Of a DNA stretch of 64,000 nucleotides, positions 58,004 to 64,000 are shown piece after piece. The position numbers and the translations under genes are program-made. The stretch is from a virus, in the IMG/VR virus record IMGVR_UViG_3300044213_000170, positions 81,401 through 145,400 of that record; one strand, given 5' to 3'. Below the pieces are notes generated by a model that was not told the origin of the DNA, made no database searches, and worked only from the letters and a program-made list of their open reading frames with translations. Positions within the stretch are counted from its first letter, which is position 1; every line of letters starts with the position of its first letter.

Positions 58004-59350
58004 TTACCCGAAAAATACCGTTACCCAGCCCGCTGTTGCCGCGGTTAAATTAATATTAAAACTATTCTCATCGATTATTTGTACAGGCACGATCATTTTG
58101 TGTCCTGCTTCATTGAACACCGATTCAACGAAATATTTTGTTCCTCTATTATGTACTACTGTCCATACGCTCGACATAGTAAATGTAAATGTTTGAACAG
58201 GTTTATTAGTTAAGTCCGCATAACTACCCGACGTAGCAACTGTTGATAAATCAGCGATGTTGGATTTTAATGATAGATTTGCGGTCAGATCAGTTAAGAA
58301 CGCAGGATCATTACCGATTGCAGATGCTAATTCGTTTAATGTATTTAATAAATTAGGAGCACCATCGACTAAGTTAGTAATCGCATTATTAATTGCCGTA
58401 TTAACATAAGTTATGTTAGCGTATTCGGCATCATTTATAAATGTACTTACTGTTGTCGGTACATTAACCAAATCAGTATAGCTACCAGTAAATGCTACCT
58501 TTGCAAGACTAGAAGTTAATGCTGTTAAATTAGTCTGTAATTCGGCTTGAGCCGATATTATAGTAGTCGATAAACTTGTTTCTACATTTGATAGATTAGC
58601 ACTTAAACTGGTTATAGTTGCAGAAATATTTGCTTCTGCATTTGTAGCTCTATTAACTTCGTTTTGTAATTCATTACTTATTGTAGTAATGAAGTGCGGA
58701 TCATTACCGATTGCATTAGCTAATTCTTGCAGTGTGTCTAGGGTAGACGGGGCGCCAGTGGTGATGGACTGTATTTGTTGCAGTGCTGAATCTAATAGCG
58801 CAGCATTTGCAACCGTAGCAGGCAGTCCCAATCCGCCGATATATACATAACCTTCGACAAATATTACTTTTCCTGCGGTAAGCGCAGAAGGTACAGTTGT
58901 ATCCGAAAATTCTAAAATGCCGCTTTGATAATCAAAGAACCAACTATCATTATTACCAGATCCGTCCGGATATAACCGTGTACCGGTTACTGATGGATTT
59001 ACTGCACCGGGATCGTCAACATAAACTTTTAGCTGATATTGTGGTCCAAACTCTACTCCGATCCAGTTTGATTTACCTGTTAACCAAGCTCTATTAGTTC
59101 GTACTGTTAAGTCTGCTTTGGTTTTGATAGCCGATAACCCGGTATAAACATCAATGATTGATGTTTTAGTAATCGGAGGTACAAATGGAATATCACCTGA
59201 GTTAACCCAAATGTTATCGCCACGTACTAATAATGGACTAGGATACTGTTCATTACTGGGGCTCTTATATTGACTAGCGTCGGTGCTTGCTACCCCGTAA
59301 CCAATTTTCTTATATAAGTAGTCTAACTTTTGAGAATCAGAAATAGCCAT
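58004..59350 (-). CDS. Fibre/structural protein
   Basis: FDYQSGIL; two GAP..L.TL.ELA.AIGNDP.F motifs; SGSY.DL repeats; C-terminal WTVVHN domain. Confidence 0.8.
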   Translation of the reverse strand: MAISDSQKLDYLYKKIGYGVASTDASQYKSPSNEQYPSPLLVRGDNIWVNSGDIPFVPPITKTSIIDVYTGLSAIKTKADLTVRTNRAWLTGKSNWIGVEFGPQYQLKVYVDDPGAVNPSVTGTRLYPDGSGNNDSWFFDYQSGILEFSDTTVPSALTAGKVIFVEGYVYIGGLGLPATVANAALLDSALQQIQSITTGAPSTLDTLQELANAIGNDPHFITTISNELQNEVNRATNAEANISATITSLSANLSNVETSLSTTIISAQAELQTNLTALTSSLAKVAFTGSYTDLVNVPTTVSTFINDAEYANITYVNTAINNAITNLVDGAPNLLNTLNELASAIGNDPAFLTDLTANLSLKSNIADLSTVATSGSYADLTNKPVQTFTFTMSSVWTVVHNRGTKYFVESVFNEAGHKMIVPVQIIDENSFNINLTAATAGWVTVFFG

Positions 59351-62300
59351 TAATGTGTTGCCGTTTCAATACTTATTGATGTTACAGACTGTCCGTTGAT
59401 TAATTTTACTCTGACAAAAATTTCATTGGTTGCTGTATTTGATGAACTTTCTGTGCCAAATGTTGCAGTATGACTTGAGTTTGTAACTAAGGTATTCAAA
59501 CTTACTGTACCGCCTATTGCACAACCGTTACTCCCGTTCCCTGGATTATTTGTACCGGGCAATCCAGAACCGTTATATGCTACTCCCATATCTAACCAAC
59601 CGTTTAAGCTGGATGTTGAATCAATTTGACTTCCGGGCAATGCTACCCATAACCCTGCAATATTTCCAGAATATTTAACATCAAATTTACTTACACCTAT
59701 TCGAGTAAATTTGAAAGTAAAATATTGTGCTCCGTCACGGCCAGAACTTAAATCCGGTCCTATTGGAAGATATCCTACGGAGTAATTCGTTTGATCGTGG
59801 GTCAATACTGCGGCAACTACAGTTGCATCATATGATTGCAATGTTGTATGTTGACTATCGAACACAGTATTAGCTGTAATAATCGGAGTATCTGAATTGC
59901 CTGGATTGACTATGCGAACTCCGTTGCCGCTTCCGGATCCGGCTCCGTTAACTGGAATACTAGTCTCTTCAATTTGATTAGTTGTTCCAGTTTTATATAA
60001 AATAGTTACACCCGGATCAAATGTATGTGATCCCATTGCATAACTGTTCTGAGCGGTTAAACTTGGGCCAGCAGTTCCCGCCCCAAACCCGCTTGCTACC
60101 GTTACAGTGGTTGAAATATATGCGCTACCTGTTGCTACATATAAATTTCTTTCCAACGGAGTTGTAATCCCGGCAGTAGTATATGTAATACTTGTCGGCA
60201 CCGATAGTGCCCCGGCTCCGGCTCCTGTGATAAATGTATCCGATGTTGGATACATATCCCCGCTTAGTTTGTTAACATTCCCAGAAATTGTAAACTGACT
60301 TGCATTTGTTAAATGCGGTATTGAACTAGAATAGCTAGCAACATTTGCAGTTAGTGCTATGCTGGTATTTGACCAAGTAGGTGCTCCTGGATTACTATTA
60401 TCATAATACCAATGTACAGTATTTGTATTTGATCCTGCTGTGTCTGTTATATATAACTCGTTCCATCCTGCGTTGACTACACCTGCCGCCGATGCACTAA
60501 AACTGTGCCAAAAACCTGCGGCAACATTACTTAATACATTATGATAATCTTGATTATCTGCAATTACCAAATTACCATAAGTACCGTTACTAGATCCCGT
60601 TAATATTACGTTACCCGCATCGTATCCGTTTAGCACCGCAGTCACTGTTCCAGTATCACCTGGACCCACATTAGCCACGGGTGTAGTTGCATATGATTTT
60701 GAACGACTGACAAGATTAACTAATGTGCCGCCTGCGACCGAGTATCCTTTGGAAGCAGTATTGTCAGTTTGAGTGAAATTAGTCATTCTGTAACCGGTTA
60801 ATCCGTTGACAGAAATATTTTGGTTGTTTGGAAATGCTGGAGGTTTTGGTGGTACAAGTTTACCTAGCACTGCATTTAATTGTGCAATCCCATCTGTTAT
60901 CGATGTAGTTGCCGATAATGCAGCCGCATTGCTTATTAATTGTCCGATAGTATTGTTTCCTAATGTAGTTGCATTGCCCCAAATATCTATAGGTGCGGCG
61001 TTTACTACTCTACCCTTAGTATCTATGGTAAGACCTGGTACCTGACCGTGTGTACCGTACAATCCAGCATGTACTCCAGTATCGTGCAAACTAGTATCCA
61101 CCACATATCCGTTTGCATCAATTACAATATTTCCTGAATTATTATTAATAAAATTTTGTGCACTTACATTAGAAGTAATAACACCTGCATTACCTGCAGC
61201 ATTTAAAATAGTTGTTTGACCGTTTGTTGTCAAACTTAATTCTCCGGGTGCACTCGAAGTTAATTTAGTGCCTGACAAATATATAGAATTACCACTTAAA
61301 TATAAATCTCTGAATGCGCGGTCTAAACTACCTAAATCATAAACTTCATGTGCTGTTGGTATAATACTGCCTGATACATTTGTATTTGCGCCAACATTTA
61401 AATTTGCGGTAGTTGTTACTGTATTAAACGTTGGGTTTTCAGCCGATCCTATTCCTAGATCAACGTTAAATGTGCGCTGACTGCCAGAAATTATTAAATT
61501 GCCCGTTACATTATCATAAGTTACATTAGTCAGTCCAGATAAATTGTTTATTTGATTTTGTAAGTTAGCTTCAATGTTAGCTGTTATGGCATCTACATTT
61601 ACTAAATTAGTAATTTGACTTTGTAAACTCGATTCGACTGTTTGCATTAATGCTTCAGTATTACCTAATGCATTAATTTGGGCTTGTAAACTCGAATCCA
61701 CCGCGGTTCTTGATGCGGCTTCCGCGGCCAAACTTGACTGTAAAAGCGTTACTTCACTTGCCAATGCCTCAGCTATACTTGATTCTGCAGCTGTTGCTCT
61801 ACTTGTTTCGCTTGCCAGATCAGTAGTTATGCTGGAGATCGAAATTGCTAAACTGCTTTCAGCAGCAGTCGCACGAGCAACTTCATTGGATAAGTCACTA
61901 GTAATAGTTGCCTCCGCAGCAAGTGCACGGCTTACTTCGGCAGTTACATCGATTGCAATGCTCGATTCGGCGGCTTGTGCCCGTGATGTTTCAACATTAA
62001 CTGTACTGGCGATGCTTACTTCAGCGGCTGTTGCTCTACTTGTTTCACTTGCTAAATCAGCAGCAATAGCAGTGCTTAATGTAGTGATTTGACTTTGTAA
62101 ATTGGATTCAACCGTTGATGTAATTGCATCTACGTTTACTAAATTAGTTATTTGACTTTGTAAACTTGCCTCAACTGTTTGCATCAATGCATCGGTATTG
62201 CCTAGTGCATTGATTTGAGCTTGTAGATTGGCCTCTGCCGCTTCTGCTCTGGAAATTTCATCTGCTAGTCCGGAACTACTAGCCAATCTAACTGTAAATT

Positions 62301-63096
62301 CTGTGCCAGCACTAGTAGATAATGTTAAATTACTAGAAATGGGATCGTATATTAAATTGTCAACACCTGCTACTGCTGTGGTGCTAATTGATGTAATTAA
62401 GCCTTTGCTATCGACTGTTACAACAGGAACCGAACTGGCATTTCCGTAAGTACCAGTAATTACTCCGTTATTTGGTAATAGTAAATCTGATGTGATATTA
62501 CCATTACTATCAACTACCAAGTTACCATTTACATATATTCCGCCATTTAAATTTGCGGAATTATTAACAGTTAAACTGTTAAATGTAGGAGTTTCACTAC
62601 GGCCCACCCCTATATCAACAATATACGCTGACCCGTTACTCGATAGTAGTGTTAAATTGCCCGAACCACTATCATAGCTAAGATTACTTACACCCCCAAT
62701 CGGGACCCCGTTTATTAATAAACTTCCGTTGTTGTATGTAATGTTACCGCCATCTAATATGAGGCTTTGTGCAACAATACCATTGGATTCGAATTGAGTG
62801 CTGCCAAAAACTGGTACACCGTTTGAATAGTAATATCCGTTTGCGAATATGTCGTAATTTATTCGAACATTACCATACGACCAAATGTCATGAGTAGTTA
62901 AATTTCCCGTGTTAAAGACAACATTACTTATCATAGTACCGACATTAATGTTGGCACCACCGCTTAATTTTAGACCGTCCCCTAAAAAGGTGTATATTTC
63001 TTGTAAATTATCGTTTACTTTAATAAACGCATCATACACCGAATCCCCTGTATTAGAATCCGGACTATCACCTAAATTAATTAACTGAAGCGTCAT
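59350..63096 (-). CDS. Large fibre/baseplate-attached structural protein
   Basis: N-terminal INLG..PD..TGD..YDAFIKVNDN (T4 gp9/gp10 N-terminus-like); ETSRA.AAE repeats; beta-rich C-terminus. Confidence 0.8.
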   Translation of the reverse strand: MTLQLINLGDSPDSNTGDSVYDAFIKVNDNLQEIYTFLGDGLKLSGGANINVGTMISNVVFNTGNLTTHDIWSYGNVRINYDIFANGYYYSNGVPVFGSTQFESNGIVAQSLILDGGNITYNNGSLLINGVPIGGVSNLSYDSGSGNLTLLSSNGSAYIVDIGVGRSETPTFNSLTVNNSANLNGGIYVNGNLVVDSNGNITSDLLLPNNGVITGTYGNASSVPVVTVDSKGLITSISTTAVAGVDNLIYDPISSNLTLSTSAGTEFTVRLASSSGLADEISRAEAAEANLQAQINALGNTDALMQTVEASLQSQITNLVNVDAITSTVESNLQSQITTLSTAIAADLASETSRATAAEVSIASTVNVETSRAQAAESSIAIDVTAEVSRALAAEATITSDLSNEVARATAAESSLAISISSITTDLASETSRATAAESSIAEALASEVTLLQSSLAAEAASRTAVDSSLQAQINALGNTEALMQTVESSLQSQITNLVNVDAITANIEANLQNQINNLSGLTNVTYDNVTGNLIISGSQRTFNVDLGIGSAENPTFNTVTTTANLNVGANTNVSGSIIPTAHEVYDLGSLDRAFRDLYLSGNSIYLSGTKLTSSAPGELSLTTNGQTTILNAAGNAGVITSNVSAQNFINNNSGNIVIDANGYVVDTSLHDTGVHAGLYGTHGQVPGLTIDTKGRVVNAAPIDIWGNATTLGNNTIGQLISNAAALSATTSITDGIAQLNAVLGKLVPPKPPAFPNNQNISVNGLTGYRMTNFTQTDNTASKGYSVAGGTLVNLVSRSKSYATTPVANVGPGDTGTVTAVLNGYDAGNVILTGSSNGTYGNLVIADNQDYHNVLSNVAAGFWHSFSASAAGVVNAGWNELYITDTAGSNTNTVHWYYDNSNPGAPTWSNTSIALTANVASYSSSIPHLTNASQFTISGNVNKLSGDMYPTSDTFITGAGAGALSVPTSITYTTAGITTPLERNLYVATGSAYISTTVTVASGFGAGTAGPSLTAQNSYAMGSHTFDPGVTILYKTGTTNQIEETSIPVNGAGSGSGNGVRIVNPGNSDTPIITANTVFDSQHTTLQSYDATVVAAVLTHDQTNYSVGYLPIGPDLSSGRDGAQYFTFKFTRIGVSKFDVKYSGNIAGLWVALPGSQIDSTSSLNGWLDMGVAYNGSGLPGTNNPGNGSNGCAIGGTVSLNTLVTNSSHTATFGTESSSNTATNEIFVRVKLINGQSVTSISIETATH

Positions 63097-63171
63097 TCTG
63101 TTGTCTCTTCTCTTCTCATCACTACCATATCCGTTATGAGTTTGGTAATATTAGTATATTTAGTCAAATAA

Positions 63172-63203
63172 AATCATTGTTCGGAAAGATTCCGAACAAT
63201 GAT
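63172..63203 (-). terminator. Hairpin/terminator after the second collagen gene
   Basis: atcattgttcggaa-aga-ttccgaacaatgat. Confidence 0.7.
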
Positions 63204-63210
63204 AGTTATT

Positions 63211-64000
63211 TTAGTCTCTTCCTACTACTACTATGATCATACCAGTCGGTACTTCTGCTGTAGCAGTAAAATCTTCAATACTCTTGCCAATAATTGTTCC
63301 TGCAGCAGGGGAATTATTTACCATTGCGAATCCATTTTCTGCACTTACTAATAAATCACCTTTTCTGACAGATCCTATTACTTTTACCGGAACTCTTCCT
63401 TGTAATGCTATAGCCACCGGATAATCTGCTACTAAGTTAGAATTCATTAGATAGGCCGGTTCTGCCGAAACTACCCCAGCGACTCTTGTATCATTGTTCT
63501 TAGTAGATACAGTGACTTCTTGATTTCCACCAAATACTAATATTGTACCATAAGAATATTCATTATCAGCTGCATATGCTTCTGCAACGTCGGCATATAG
63601 AGCATTAACTGCGGTTACAGTTAACTTATTAGTACTTGGATTATAGTAGAACCCACTATTACTATATGCTGTCGCGTCTACGCCTTGAGATGCTACAAAT
63701 ATTGGATAATAGTTTGCATTTGTTGTTTGATTTGCCGCATTAATAGTAGTGCTAGGCCCTGTTGGACCTTGTGGACCTTGTGGACCAGTTGAACCTTGTG
63801 CACCTGTTGGGCCTTGTGGGCCAGTTGAACCTTGTGCACCTGTTGGACCTTGTGGACCTTGTGGACCAGTTGAACCTTGTGCGCCGGTTGGCCCCTGTGG
63901 GCCCTGTGGGCCCTGCGGACCTGTACTACCTGTCGATCCTGTACTACCAGCCGGACCTTGTGGGCCTTGTGGACCTGTTGAACCAGTTGTGCCTTGTGGT
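63211..64000 (-). CDS. Second collagen-like fibre protein, 3' part only (runs off the window)
   Basis: GPQ/GST/GPT repeats, then STIINAA...YADVAEAY...[11 protein letters not shown]...IIGKSIE; paralog of 41417..46780. Confidence 0.9.
   Translation of the reverse strand, partial: PQGTTGSTGPQGPQGPAGSTGSTGSTGPQGPQGPQGPTGAQGSTGPQGPQGPTGAQGSTGPQGPTGAQGSTGPQGPQGPTGPSTTINAANQTTNANYYPIFVASQGVDATAYSNSGFYYNPSTNKLTVTAVNALYADVAEAYAADNEYSYGTILVFGGNQEVTVSTKNNDTRVAGVVSAEPAYLMNSNLVADYPVAIALQGRVPVKVIGSVRKGDLLVSAENGFAMVNNSPAAGTIIGKSIEDFTATAEVPTGMIIVVVGRD

Noticed and set aside
45621-62677. Plus-strand ORFs antisense to the fibre genes
   Set aside because: Antisense shadows of Ala/Ser/Thr-rich repeats.

Overview
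This is a 64 kb segment of a large (jumbo-type) T4-like myophage genome, read almost entirely on the - strand in the standard genetic code. 1-3.9 kb holds a tRNA array: 18 tRNA genes including one degenerate copy, plus several tRNA-like or structured ncRNA candidates, a frameshifted HNH gene, consensus sigma70 promoters, and a leader-peptide/terminator/antiterminator element. 3.9-6.4 kb is a DNA methyltransferase next to a PD-(D/E)XK-like nuclease. 6.9-10.6 kb encodes a cytidylyltransferase-cupin fusion, UvsY, UvsX and gp32 SSB. 10.7-34 kb is the morphogenesis block: large terminase, putative internal head proteins, gp4, tail tube, tail sheath, gp13/gp14/gp15, dNMP kinase, HNH and Nudix genes. 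34-41.3 kb is a 2OG-oxygenase plus GDP-sugar synthesis/glycosyltransferase cluster. 41.4-64 kb encodes very large fibres: a collagen-like protein with 339 Gly-X-Y triplets, a 3419-aa coiled-coil repeat protein, two further fibre proteins, and a second collagen gene truncated by the window edge. The most notable candidates are (i) a translation-sensing attenuator whose 47-aa leader uses all 20 amino acids, inside the tRNA array, (ii) a phage restriction-modification pair whose nuclease carries a T4-like capsid-targeting leader, (iii) a glycosylation cluster abutting Thr-rich collagen fibres, and (iv) a YrlA-like permuted tRNA mimic and a non-canonical UAU tRNA. All product calls come from motif recognition by eye; no database searches were run.
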